From positions 5,202 through 69,201 of IMG/VR virus record IMGVR_UViG_3300037067_007515: DNA of 64,000 bases; one strand, written 5' to 3'. The notes under the pieces are model-generated. The model was not told the DNA's origin, did not search any database, and saw only the letters and a list, made by a program, of their open reading frames with translations. The position numbers and the translations under genes were made by a program. This document shows, piece after piece, positions 25,726 through 34,650 of this stretch (position 1 is its first letter; the number at the start of each line of letters is the position of its first letter). The stretch comes from a virus. Its lineage: Duplodnaviria; Caudoviricetes.

Positions 25726-27429
25726 TTAGGCGGCGCCCTGGACTGCGCCCTGGGGCGCGCCCTTCTGCGCCGGCCGCGCCTTCGCGGCCTGCTGTGCCAT
25801 CTGCTCGAGCATTGATCCGGACTTCACGGGCTGGTTGAGGCTGTCGACGTTGCCCATTACCTGGGCGTCCGTTGCCGCCGCTGCCTGGGCCTGCTGCTGC
25901 TTCGCGAGGGCGTCGGCCCTGCGCTTGCGCACCATCTCCACCATGGGGATCTCGCGGATCACGCGCTGCGGCATGCCCGCGGCGTCGAGTCCGATCCTGT
26001 AGAACTCGTCCTGGTCGACGTTATCCATTCCGTCCGGCAGTAACTTGACGGCACGCTCGAGGAACTCCATGCCGGCATCCACTCCCTGGCTCTGGTGGGT
26101 CCGCCTCTGCGCCTGCGCGAGCGGGCCCTGGAGCTCTACCTTCATGCGGCCCTGGAGCTGCGGGGGGGGCGCGGGTATAGTTCCCGTCTGGCGGAGAATT
26201 CCGTAGGTCCTACGCACGAGCGGTACCAGGACCTCGTTGTTGAAGCGGCCGATGGTCGCACCGAGGACCGCGACTTGCTCGGCCACGCGCTGGCGGATCT
26301 CCGTCGCGGTGTAGGGCCCGTGCTCGAGCTGCTGGAGGAGGAGGAATATCTTCGAACGGAAGATCTCTTTGATCTGCTCCTCTACGGCCTCTTGCTGATC
26401 GCGGCCAATAGGGTACGAGCCGCTGTAGTCGACGGTCCTGATCTGCTCGTCACTGGCCATGTAGTTGAAGCCGTGGGGTACGATGCGTTCCTTGCCCTTG
26501 AGAGAAGCGGGCAACATGAGCGGTGGATCGCTCGCCATGTGGCCTGTATGGAGGAGGTCCTTCGCCATCTGGTTGACGCGGAGGATGTCCTGGATCGCGT
26601 CGGCCGCCGGGGAGCGTCCGTATACCTCGTCGCTATTCTTCCGCCACCGGCCGACGAGGTAGGGGAAGGTTTCGTAGTAGCCGCCCGGATCAAGCAGCTT
26701 CTGCATGTCCTGGTCGATGTAGAGGTCGGTGTAGGCCCCGCGCGGTTCCTCGATAGTCCGGAAACCCTGATCGGCAGAGGGGAACGTCGCGTGAATGATG
26801 TTGCCCCTTGAGAACGGGGTAGAGGCCGCGAGCTCCTTGCGCCGCTCGTCGATCTTGTCGGGCCACGTCTCCACGATCTGCCGGTTGGTCATCGTGAAGC
26901 CGCGGTAGAGCACGTCCACGAGACCGGCCCGGTTCTCGGCGATGTAGCACTCTTTCATGTGGCGGGTCGAGAACAGGATGGAGCGGTTGCGGACGTCGTC
27001 TTCCACGAGCATGACCGCGGTACCGATAGAGCCGAGGTCCATCAGGAACTCGTTCATCGACTCGTAGAACTGCGTGCGCTGGTAAACGGCCAGGATGATC
27101 TCGTCGATAGACTCCAGATGGTCGGCGACCCCGGGGATGGTCTGGAGCCTGCGGTCCTCCATGACCATGTGGAGCCACGGGAAGGCCGCGGAAACCATGT
27201 TGCCCTGCATGCCATCGACGAGGAGCTGGAGCGATGCTATCGCGGTTCCGTCGTAGGCCTTGGTAGACGGGGTCTTGCCGGAGGAGTCGTCGACGTCCCA
27301 GAACGTCCGGCGAGGGAGAACGTAGTCCGTGATGTCCTGCCAGAGGGGGCGCCAGAGCTCGCGCTGGAGTTTGAGCTGCCCCAAGCGCTGGATGTGGTCC
27401 TGGATTACCTCGGGCTCTGAGGCGATCAA
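25726..27429 (-). CDS. Portal (head-to-tail connector) protein
   Basis: WQDITDYVLP...YDGTAI...FPYLVGRW...EVYGRSP...MASDPPL...TATEI...QVAVLG typical of T7/BPP-1-type portals. Confidence 0.9.
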   Translation of the reverse strand: MIASEPEVIQDHIQRLGQLKLQRELWRPLWQDITDYVLPRRTFWDVDDSSGKTPSTKAYDGTAIASLQLLVDGMQGNMVSAAFPWLHMVMEDRRLQTIPGVADHLESIDEIILAVYQRTQFYESMNEFLMDLGSIGTAVMLVEDDVRNRSILFSTRHMKECYIAENRAGLVDVLYRGFTMTNRQIVETWPDKIDERRKELAASTPFSRGNIIHATFPSADQGFRTIEEPRGAYTDLYIDQDMQKLLDPGGYYETFPYLVGRWRKNSDEVYGRSPAADAIQDILRVNQMAKDLLHTGHMASDPPLMLPASLKGKERIVPHGFNYMASDEQIRTVDYSGSYPIGRDQQEAVEEQIKEIFRSKIFLLLQQLEHGPYTATEIRQRVAEQVAVLGATIGRFNNEVLVPLVRRTYGILRQTGTIPAPPPQLQGRMKVELQGPLAQAQRRTHQSQGVDAGMEFLERAVKLLPDGMDNVDQDEFYRIGLDAAGMPQRVIREIPMVEMVRKRRADALAKQQQAQAAAATDAQVMGNVDSLNQPVKSGSMLEQMAQQAAKARPAQKGAPQGAVQGAA

Positions 27430-27734
27430 ATGGAGAGCCCTCCGGAGCCTCCGTAGAGCGTTTCTGCGGGGGAGCGCGTCTGCTGCCCGCGAGTGAGGAG
27501 GGAGGGTAGCTTCTGGCTCTTGCGGGTGAGGATGTCTTCGGTGGTGGTGGCGAGGATGGTGCGCGCGGCTTCCGCTGCGGTCTCGTCCTGTGCGACGAGG
27601 GCTACGGCCTGCTCGCGCGTCTTGACCTTGAGCGTGTCGCGGAGGCGCTTCCAGACCTTCTCCGGGGCGCCGACGATCTGCTGGCCTATGTCAGGGGTCT
27701 GCGGTTGAGTCTGTAGGGCGGTAGGGTCCGACAT
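27426..27734 (-). CDS. Small protein upstream of the portal
   Basis: GGAGG SD; first gene after the late promoter; ends in a low-complexity Gly-rich tail. Confidence 0.65.
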   Translation of the reverse strand: MSDPTALQTQPQTPDIGQQIVGAPEKVWKRLRDTLKVKTREQAVALVAQDETAAEAARTILATTTEDILTRKSQKLPSLLTRGQQTRSPAETLYGGSGGLSI

Positions 27735-27743
27735 GCGCGCCTC

Positions 27744-27831
27744 CCGGAGCCGGAGTCACAGGAGCCCGGGCGAAGGGAGCGAAATCCGCCCCCACACACG
27801 CCCGATCCTCCTGCGCCTCCGGGTGCTCCGG
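27744..27831 (-). ncRNA. Putative structured 5' leader RNA (88-nt multi-segment hairpin) of the head operon
   Basis: Nested stems CCGGAGC/GCTCCGG, CGGAG/CTCCG, CAGGAG/CTCCTG, CGGGCG/CGCCCG, GGGGGCG/CGCTCCC; pairing is better on the minus strand through G-U. Confidence 0.5.
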
Positions 27832-27860
27832 TCAGCGCATAGCAATCGACAACACTGGGG

Positions 27861-27889
27861 AATCTATCCCCGATGCACGGAAGCGTCAA
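27861..27889 (-). promoter_or_regulatory. Sigma70-type promoter TTGACG-N17-TAGATT for the portal/head operon
   Basis: Consensus-like boxes with 17-nt spacing; same -10 as the moron promoters. Confidence 0.65.
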
Positions 27890-27893
27890 CCCC

Positions 27894-28082
27894 TCACTCT
27901 CGGAGATCCGTCTGTCTCTTCGGCCCCCCGCCGGGACGCGCGGTCTCGTTGAGGATCTTCCGCGTCTGTGCGATCTGGCCGTCCGTCACGTAGACGTGGA
28001 TCCCCACCTCGCCGTGGGTCGTGGTGAGGATCGTCTGGCGGAACCAGTTGACCAGGTCGTCGACCGTCTCAGGCCGCGGCAT
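27894..28082 (-). CDS. Small protein, DUF2292/YezD-like
   Basis: MPRPETVDDLVNWFRQTILTTTHGEVGIHVYVTDGQIAQ resembles the xxGEVxIxxxDGxxxQ pattern. Confidence 0.5.
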   Translation of the reverse strand: MPRPETVDDLVNWFRQTILTTTHGEVGIHVYVTDGQIAQTRKILNETARPGGGPKRQTDLRE

Positions 28083-28353
28083 GCTGTCCTCCCTTCTCTT
28101 CTGGTCGGCACCAGAGCAGGAACCGCCGGACGCGCGGCGGCTGCCACACGAACAGGGCGCGTCGCGCAAGATGCACGCTGTATGCGACTCCCGTGTAGTC
28201 CTCCAGGAAGGCAGCAAACCCGCCATGATCCCGGTACCACAGGGGGACGGGTAGGTCTGAATAGACCGTGCCCGGCCGGAAGTACTTCCCGCCGATCCAC
28301 TGGAAGTGGGTGTAGAAGTACGCGGCCTCCTCAACGTCTGCGTCGGCGTACAC
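28069..28353 (-). CDS. Hypothetical protein
   Basis: GTG start with a GGAGG SD, overlapping neighbours. Confidence 0.45.
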   Translation of the reverse strand: MYADADVEEAAYFYTHFQWIGGKYFRPGTVYSDLPVPLWYRDHGGFAAFLEDYTGVAYSVHLARRALFVWQPPRVRRFLLWCRPEEKGGQHAAA

Positions 28354-28555
28354 GGCGGAGCCTCCTCCCTCGCAGCCTGTAGCTGCGAATGCAGTCAACC
28401 TGGCGCCGGTGCTCTTCGGCGACCCGCCAGGGGTCAAGCCACGGATCGAACTCGACGAGGCACGGAAAGCGGTCCCGCTCCCACGAGGAGAGCAGGATCC
28501 GCAACCCATGGCCGTCTATCTCTCTGACGACAGTGACGGTTCCCGGCCGCGGCAT
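28331..28555 (-). CDS. Hypothetical protein
   Basis: Tightly packed in the operon. Confidence 0.45.
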   Translation of the reverse strand: MPRPGTVTVVREIDGHGLRILLSSWERDRFPCLVEFDPWLDPWRVAEEHRRQVDCIRSYRLRGRRLRRVRRRRR

Positions 28556-28556
28556 A

Positions 28557-28868
28557 TTACCCCGCCTCCGGCAGCCTGCTCGCGCCGACGATCTTGATCT
28601 CTGCCGCGAACTCCCCGCAGACGTCCTGCGTCATGTGCACCGGCGGCCACAGGTTCATCGATGCGACTTGGCCGGACTGCCCCTGCATCGGAAACACGCT
28701 CGGCGGGTACCGGTGGCAGCTCCCGTTGAAGAGCCGCACGGGGTTGCCCTTCGCATAGCGGCAGTTCAGGCAGCACCGCTTCCCGCTCTTCGTTGCCTCG
28801 GCGATAGCCTCGCTGGCCTTCTGGTTCTCGCTTACGAGCTCCAGCTCGCGCACCTTGTGTTCACCCAT
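28557..28868 (-). CDS. Cys-rich hypothetical protein (possible zinc binding)
   Basis: CCLNCRY...CHRYPP...CGEF. Confidence 0.6.
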   Translation of the reverse strand: MGEHKVRELELVSENQKASEAIAEATKSGKRCCLNCRYAKGNPVRLFNGSCHRYPPSVFPMQGQSGQVASMNLWPPVHMTQDVCGEFAAEIKIVGASRLPEAG

Positions 28869-29223
28869 CTTTCCCCTCCCTCATCTGATTCACGGCCGCG
28901 ACCAGCTCGTTGAGCTTGGCCAGTATACGGTCCGTGAGCATGATCTGTGCGATCTCCTTGGTCACCTCGCGCTTTTTCCCCACTGCCTCGTAGTAGTACG
29001 GCTCCGTGGGCTCCTTCACGGGCTCGATCCGCTTCGGGCGAGCCTTCGGGTCGGCGCGCAGTATGGCCGCAGTCTCGGCAATGTCCGCGGCAATGTCGAA
29101 GGCCTCGTCCCTGGTGAGCAGGTACTCTACCTGGTTGCCAACCCCTCCGAGTTGGTCCAGCGGAGACGGCACGCGCAGTGCTACGTGCTTTCCGTCTGCA
29201 TGCACCGCTACCTCGATCCTCAT
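28861..29223 (-). CDS. Hypothetical protein
   Basis: GGGGAGG SD before ATG; C-terminal ELVAAVNQMR. Confidence 0.6.
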   Translation of the reverse strand: MRIEVAVHADGKHVALRVPSPLDQLGGVGNQVEYLLTRDEAFDIAADIAETAAILRADPKARPKRIEPVKEPTEPYYYEAVGKKREVTKEIAQIMLTDRILAKLNELVAAVNQMREGKDG

Positions 29224-29234
29224 GTGGTCCTCCC

Positions 29235-29540
29235 CTACCTCTTGCTTGGTGGCGGATTCTCTCGCCGCCACTGATCTACAGCCTTGATGTACCCCCGTAT
29301 CGCCTGCCTCCGGAACGATTCCACCTTCCCCTGCTCGGCCAGTATCCGAAGCAGGACGCAGTCGATGTCAAACCGGCATTGCACGTCCCATCCCTCCCGC
29401 CCTCGGGCCATTAGGACGTACGTCTCCGCCTTGTCTGCGCCGTTGCGGTCCCACGACGGGCCCACCACCGGCCCGTACAGCGTGCAGCGGTGGAGTCCGT
29501 GCCAGATTGTTCGCTTAGGCCAGTTGAGCGGCACGATCAT
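29235..29540 (-). CDS. Hypothetical protein
   Basis: ATGA overlap with the upstream gene. Confidence 0.5.
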   Translation of the reverse strand: MIVPLNWPKRTIWHGLHRCTLYGPVVGPSWDRNGADKAETYVLMARGREGWDVQCRFDIDCVLLRILAEQGKVESFRRQAIRGYIKAVDQWRRENPPPSKR

Positions 29541-30019
29541 GCCTTCTGCCTCAGCGCGTTCACCGCGGCTATGAGCTCGGCGATCTTGCGGTACACCTCA
29601 AGATTGAACTCGCGTTGGGGCGAAGCCAGCCTGTCGTTACCCAACACAGCATCGCCAGGCGCGCGGATCGGGTCGATCCACGGCGCCGGCTTGCGGCAGA
29701 CAGGCCCCGTGAACTTGTCGGTGTCCACCGGCGGGCGTGTCGCGCGTTCGATGTTTCGGAGCATGTCGGTTTCCATCTGCCGGATGCACTCAGTTACCTC
29801 GTCGGGCTCGCTCTTTGGCTTCGGGTACTGGTAGACCTGCAAGACCTCCTGCTGAATGCCGTGCCCGTTCAGGACTGCCCCGGCCCAGGCCGCCGTTTGC
29901 CCTCCTGGTTCCGGCTGGATCACCAGCGGGATACACCCGTGGAGCAACGGCAACTCCCTCGGCCAGCTCCCCCCCCCGGGGCCCTCGGTCCATCCGAAGC
30001 CCTCAACAACGTAGCGCAT
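29537..30019 (-). CDS. Hypothetical protein
   Basis: GGAGGAGG SD before MRYVVEG; C-terminal ELIAAVNALR. Confidence 0.6.
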   Translation of the reverse strand: MRYVVEGFGWTEGPGGGSWPRELPLLHGCIPLVIQPEPGGQTAAWAGAVLNGHGIQQEVLQVYQYPKPKSEPDEVTECIRQMETDMLRNIERATRPPVDTDKFTGPVCRKPAPWIDPIRAPGDAVLGNDRLASPQREFNLEVYRKIAELIAAVNALRQKA

Positions 30020-30021
30020 CG

Positions 30022-30189
30022 TTACCTCCTCCTCTCTTTTTTCGTCGCGGCGTTCACCAAGGCTAGACCCAAGCGCTCCGCTTCCTCTTCGCTTAGGTAG
30101 AACCGCCGCAGCCCTAGTCGGAGCGAGACACAGAGCAGGTGTCCGCGATGCACGAAGCCGCTGAACCTGCGAACGTAATAGATCTTCAT
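30022..30189 (-). CDS. Small hypothetical protein (55 aa)
   Basis: Manual translation MKIYYVRRF...KKERRR; ATGA overlap with the terL stop; below the ORF track cutoff. Confidence 0.45.
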   Translation of the reverse strand: MKIYYVRRFSGFVHRGHLLCVSLRLGLRRFYLSEEEAERLGLALVNAATKKERRR

Positions 30190-31727
30190 CTCCTACCTCC
30201 CAGCCCCCACCGCAGGGGGTCGTATGCCTCATCCGCGAGCCTCCCGAGCTCCAGGGGGTCCCGCTCGTTCCCCTGGGGGAACACCGCGTTCAGGTCGTCG
30301 TCAAGGATGCGCGCCAGGCAGTCGAGCATGTCGTCGTGCACCTCGAAGGGGTGTGCGAGGTACTCGTCGTTGATGAACTGCTTGACGGTGTCCACGGTCT
30401 CCCCGTCGTACTGCGTGTACGGCAGGCTCTCGGGAAGGAAGATCCTGCCCCCGTGGAACGGTGCCACAAGCCTACCGATGCGCTCTGGCTTGCTCAGCTT
30501 GCCCGCCAGAGGCGTGATGGTAAAGCGGTAGTTGTCCCGCTCCATCCTGTCGTTGAAGTGCTCGATGTCCGAATCCTTGCCGTACTTCTCGTAGCCTACG
30601 CCCACGGGCCGGTACTGCTGGTGCCAGCGGAAGAGTACGTTAGCACGCTCGGTCAGTGACAGTCGGTCGCGGATCCCGTTGACCACGTAGTAGTTGCGGT
30701 CTGCCCCCAGGCCGACCACCCAGATGCACGTGTAGTCCGACGTCTTCTTCTTCGAGTTGGCGGGATCGCAGATGATGTACAGGTTTAGGCCCTTGGTGCG
30801 GTCGGCTCTCCAGAACCGGAGCCACTCCCTTTCGAAGCCCTCCATGCTCGACTTCTTGGGATCTAGAAAAAGTTGGCAAGCTGCGTTATATGGCCCGAGC
30901 TCGCGGATCCTCTTGGCGAGGAACTCGCGGGTCCAGATCACGGGATCCCCTGTCTCTGTGCCGTCTCGGGTCGCGGTGTACTTCCGCTGGCGAAAGACGC
31001 CGTCCTCTATGAGTTGGAGACCGGGGTCGGCGTAGTGCCAGATGGTCGACCTCCACCGGCGACGCCCGCCTTCCTTCCCAACGTTGAACGATAGACGAAT
31101 CGAGTTAAGCGTCTTCGCCCTCATGTCGGGCGTTTTAACGGCATCCTCGACAACGGCGTCCTCGAAGTCCAGGTCGGAGAAGTGCATGCCCGTCGGCTGC
31201 CCCTCGAGTATCCCCCATGCCTCGATGGAGCTTTCCTTCGGCGTGCCCCTGCGCTTGAATACCAGCCCATCGTTCTCACTCCACTTAGGGGCCTCGCGTT
31301 CGGGCTGCTTCCAGAAGATATGAGGCCACAGATCATGGAGCGCCGGTGTCGTCTCGCAGATCTCTTTGATCTGTCTCAGGAACTTCTTTGCCAACGTCCG
31401 ATTGTACGACAGGATGCAGTAGGTTCTTTCCGGGTCCTGGATGAGGCCCCAAAGGATGCCTCCCTCTGTCCCAATGCTCGACTTGTAGTGCTCGCGCGCC
31501 CAGGTGTCCGCTATCCCATCGTTCTCCCGCTGCCACTCTCGGCAACGCGCGAACACCCACGGCTTTTCTACGTCCTCCCGTTTGAGGACGAAACGCAAGA
31601 AGAAGAGGAGGTCCCGCTCCGCGAGCTGGCGCGTCGCGTCCTGCTTCTCCTTGGCGGTGCGGCAGGAGGTGAGGATCCTGCGGTAGCCAGCGAGGGCCTC
31701 GTGCATTAGCTTCGCGTCGTCATTCAT
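30186..31727 (-). CDS. terL: Terminase large subunit
   Basis: Walker A variant WAREHYKSS, TGMHFSDLDFED Walker B region, nuclease ICDPA...SDYT, HDDMLDCL. Confidence 0.92.
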   Translation of the reverse strand: MNDDAKLMHEALAGYRRILTSCRTAKEKQDATRQLAERDLLFFLRFVLKREDVEKPWVFARCREWQRENDGIADTWAREHYKSSIGTEGGILWGLIQDPERTYCILSYNRTLAKKFLRQIKEICETTPALHDLWPHIFWKQPEREAPKWSENDGLVFKRRGTPKESSIEAWGILEGQPTGMHFSDLDFEDAVVEDAVKTPDMRAKTLNSIRLSFNVGKEGGRRRWRSTIWHYADPGLQLIEDGVFRQRKYTATRDGTETGDPVIWTREFLAKRIRELGPYNAACQLFLDPKKSSMEGFEREWLRFWRADRTKGLNLYIICDPANSKKKTSDYTCIWVVGLGADRNYYVVNGIRDRLSLTERANVLFRWHQQYRPVGVGYEKYGKDSDIEHFNDRMERDNYRFTITPLAGKLSKPERIGRLVAPFHGGRIFLPESLPYTQYDGETVDTVKQFINDEYLAHPFEVHDDMLDCLARILDDDLNAVFPQGNERDPLELGRLADEAYDPLRWGLGGRR

Positions 31728-32178
31728 CGTTGGTCACCACGGCGTCTATCACCCGCTGCACGGACTCCGGAAGCGCTTCGTCTACCGGATGCACAGCCTT
31801 CCCGTTGCCTCGCGCCCCTCCCAGGAGCTCCCGCAGGAGTCCGGACTTGATCGCGGTCTCGAGGCGCTTGCCCTTGATGAGGTACCAGCCCTGCCTGATC
31901 TCGGGGTCCTTCTCCTCGGCAATCTCCTTGTTGATAGCCACCAGGTCGGCCGCGAACTCGTCGTAGACGTTCAGGACGTGGCCTATGCTCCGCCGGTCCC
32001 GCTGCTTCTTCGCCTTCACCACCACGGCGCTGATATGCTTCACGTGCCGGCGCATGCTGGCCTCGCTCAGGCCGTACTGGCGTGCCACGCGGGCCACGGG
32101 CGTACCCTTCACGAGGGCCTTGTCGATGGTCGCGCGCTTGGGATGGAGGCAGGCTTTGCATTGCGTGGTCTGTGGCAT
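31720..32178 (-). CDS. terS: Probable terminase small subunit (CxxC + HTH)
   Basis: CKACLHP...VARVARQYGLSEASMRRH directly upstream of and overlapping terL. Confidence 0.65.
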   Translation of the reverse strand: MPQTTQCKACLHPKRATIDKALVKGTPVARVARQYGLSEASMRRHVKHISAVVVKAKKQRDRRSIGHVLNVYDEFAADLVAINKEIAEEKDPEIRQGWYLIKGKRLETAIKSGLLRELLGGARGNGKAVHPVDEALPESVQRVIDAVVTNDE

Positions 32179-32183
32179 CTGCC

Positions 32184-32735
32184 CTACGGTCTATCATTTC
32201 CCGGGGGATTCTGTTCGCGCCGCTTCTCGTCGCCCTTTAGCGCCTTTCCTGGCGGGAGCAGGCCGACCTTCCGGCACGCTCGGCGCCACTCTCTCCGCAT
32301 GAACCGTTCGCTGGGCTTCTGGTTCTTCGCCGGCGGGCGCGGCAGGACGTAGTCGGCAATCTCCTGGAACACCTCGTTCTCCTCGGCGCTTCTGTAGTAC
32401 GGCCGGCGTGGATCGAGAAGGCCGGTGAAAGCCGGGCTCTTCCCGTAGATCGGCCCCTTCGGTTGCCTCCATCGCCAGAGTGCGAAAGGTCTGCGCGGGT
32501 AGTAGGTGACCGAGGACCCGAACAAAAGCTCAGAGGCCATCGTGCACGCGATCCGCGTCGTCTCCAGCTCCAGATGGCGCGAGAGATCGTCCGTCAGCCG
32601 CTGGAGTTCCCTCGCCGACGTGGGCCGCTGGCGCTCCGCGGACCTTGGCGTGCCCGAAAGGAAGCGCTGCTCCCTCTGTAGCCGGTGGGTCTCCTGGAGC
32701 CCGGAGAGCTCGCGGAGGCTTATCTTTGGTTTCAC
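32184..32735 (-). CDS. Hypothetical basic protein
   Basis: GTG start overlaps the upstream stop. Confidence 0.5.
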   Translation of the reverse strand: MKPKISLRELSGLQETHRLQREQRFLSGTPRSAERQRPTSARELQRLTDDLSRHLELETTRIACTMASELLFGSSVTYYPRRPFALWRWRQPKGPIYGKSPAFTGLLDPRRPYYRSAEENEVFQEIADYVLPRPPAKNQKPSERFMRREWRRACRKVGLLPPGKALKGDEKRREQNPPGNDRP

Positions 32736-33709
32736 TTCCCCTCCCAGTCCGTCCGGCGGCGGCCCATGAGGATGCGCCACTCGGTAAGCGTGGTCGCCTC
32801 GTACTCACATTTGGCGCAGCACATCTCCTCCACGTCGAACGCGCCGCCACACAGCTTGCACGGTATCAGCTCGGGGTGGTCGGCAACGCGGCGCTCGTGC
32901 TTGAGCTTCCAGCCGTTGACGTAGCGAGAGGCGCGGTCGAGCACGAGGCTCCACTCGACAACCGTCTCGTCGATGGGGATAGTACAGGTGATCGCGATCT
33001 CCTTCGCCGTTCTCAGGCAGTCCATCAGCTCGTTGGCGCACGTGCCCATGTTCCATGTCTGGTCAATCGCTTCCTGCTCGCGGGTTGGCTCACCAGTAGT
33101 CCCATCCTGCCGAGTGTCGTGGGCGCTTGGGCGGCTCGTCTCCGTAGCGGCGCATCCACTGCCGGTCTCTGGCGCGATCGGTGGCGACGAATGGGCGGAC
33201 GAATCGCTTCGGCACGTGCCCTCGGTCGCCTTCCTCTCCGTCCCTACGGACTCGGCCGAGATAGCGGGCGTAGCTGCGTCGTGTCCGTGACATGGTACCT
33301 CCTTTGCGCCGTATCCCAGGAATCGGCGCAGCTCCAGGGCGGCTGTTACGTGACCGTCACGGTCAAGAGCGGCGGCCAACTCAGCGGCAAAGGTCGCGAC
33401 CATATTAGGCTCTCGACGAAGGCCCGCGTCTACCATGGCGATCACGCCACCAAGGTACGGCCACGACGCTCGCTCGCATCCCGGCGCCCCGAGACAGCGC
33501 AGCAGGGCCGCGAGGTCGGCGGGGGTGGAGGGGAGAGGGCCACGGAATGACACGCCGGTGTTACTGGCTACCCTGAGCGCGTTGTCGTACGGTAGTTCGC
33601 ACACCCAGTAGACGTACATCACGTCCGTACTGGCATCCTTGACCCACCCATCGGGAGTGGGTTTCCACCCCTGCGCCTCCAGGTAGGCGCGAACAGCGTC
33701 ATCGGTCAT
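32732..33709 (-). CDS. Hypothetical protein (325 aa, C-terminal CxxC...CxxC)
   Basis: ATGA overlap; long ORF in the operon. Confidence 0.6.
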   Translation of the reverse strand: MTDDAVRAYLEAQGWKPTPDGWVKDASTDVMYVYWVCELPYDNALRVASNTGVSFRGPLPSTPADLAALLRCLGAPGCERASWPYLGGVIAMVDAGLRREPNMVATFAAELAAALDRDGHVTAALELRRFLGYGAKEVPCHGHDAATPAISAESVGTERKATEGTCRSDSSAHSSPPIAPETGSGCAATETSRPSAHDTRQDGTTGEPTREQEAIDQTWNMGTCANELMDCLRTAKEIAITCTIPIDETVVEWSLVLDRASRYVNGWKLKHERRVADHPELIPCKLCGGAFDVEEMCCAKCEYEATTLTEWRILMGRRRTDWEGK

Positions 33710-33909
33710 GAGTCATAACCCCCTTCCGTCTGCATCCTCAGCCAATCGCCGATGATACCGCGTACGATCAGCCTCCAGTCTTGGAGCTTTCGCAGCGGCA
33801 TATCCCCGGCCGCGATGCGCTCCAGCACGACACACGGGACCACGTGCACGTTCCCGTCAGGTGTTGGTATCACCGCATGCGGTAAGTGCTCAGGGAAACT
33901 AGCGGTCAT
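33706..33909 (-). CDS. Hypothetical protein
   Basis: GGAGG SD before MTASF. Confidence 0.5.
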   Translation of the reverse strand: MTASFPEHLPHAVIPTPDGNVHVVPCVVLERIAAGDMPLRKLQDWRLIVRGIIGDWLRMQTEGGYDS

Positions 33910-34129
33910 CGGTGCCTCCGGTGTGGCGGAGAACGGCGACGAACCCAGAGCCGTTGTAGACCAGCCATTCCTCACCGGTCTGGGTGTCGCGGATAGTACG
34001 GAGCCATGAGTTAGGGTGTGACCCCTCCCACGTCAGCGTATACCTCGGCTCCGCCTTCGGCCCGTACTCCGGTTGCTGCGAACAACCAACCAGCGCGATG
34101 AGCGCCAGGACCATGAGTACCAGCTTCAT
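33899..34129 (-). CDS. Small lipoprotein
   Basis: MKLVLMVLALIALVGC lipobox. Confidence 0.7.
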   Translation of the reverse strand: MKLVLMVLALIALVGCSQQPEYGPKAEPRYTLTWEGSHPNSWLRTIRDTQTGEEWLVYNGSGFVAVLRHTGGTDDR

Positions 34130-34296
34130 CCCCTGCCTCCCTTCTCCCTCTCCGCGAGCAGAGCTTTCACGCTATCCAGTAGGCGGTGGTGCGTCCTGTC
34201 AACGGCGGCCGAAACGTCGCCAGTCTTCTCGAATCGCAGACCGGCATTACGCCAGTCAATAGCGGCCTCGATCACCCGCTTCTCTGCTTCGGTCAT
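34126..34296 (-). CDS. Small hypothetical protein
   Basis: ATGA overlap; ends ALLAERE like the next gene. Confidence 0.55.
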   Translation of the reverse strand: MTEAEKRVIEAAIDWRNAGLRFEKTGDVSAAVDRTHHRLLDSVKALLAEREKGGRG

Positions 34297-34475
34297 CGCT
34301 TCTTCCCTTCCCTCTCCGCGAGCAGGGCGTCGGCGGCGGCGATGCTCGCGCGAGAGGCACGATCCCATGCTGCGCTGCCGTTGCCCGTCTTCAGCCGCCT
34401 TCGCCACGCCCTCCGCTCCTCCAAGCACGCCTCGATGAGCCGGGACTCCAGGGAGTCAGCCTTACGCTTTGCCAT
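34293..34475 (-). CDS. Small hypothetical protein
   Basis: GGAG SD; ends ALLAERE. Confidence 0.55.
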   Translation of the reverse strand: MAKRKADSLESRLIEACLEERRAWRRRLKTGNGSAAWDRASRASIAAADALLAEREGKKR

Positions 34476-34650
34476 CGGGGGTCTCCTTGTGCAACACACA
34501 GCCGAATACTGCCGCGGTAGTTAGGTCGTGACACGGTGACCCTCGGTTGGCGCACGTTCCGCGCCGAAGGAGCACCACGTTTGTACCATCCGCCCGCTCG
34601 ACATAGGGCGGAGCCTCTACCCAGTAAACGCACGAGCTACACCGTTTCAT
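34462..34650 (-). CDS. Small Cys-rich protein
   Basis: CSSC...C...C...C. Confidence 0.5.
   Translation of the reverse strand: MKRCSSCVYWVEAPPYVERADGTNVVLLRRGTCANRGSPCHDLTTAAVFGCVLHKETPDGKA

Noticed and set aside
29969-29977. Phase-variable G9 tract in a hypothetical gene (also G8 at 26162-26169 in the portal)
   Set aside because: Both are in frame (Gly or Pro runs) and such runs are plausible by chance at this GC content; no evidence of frameshift
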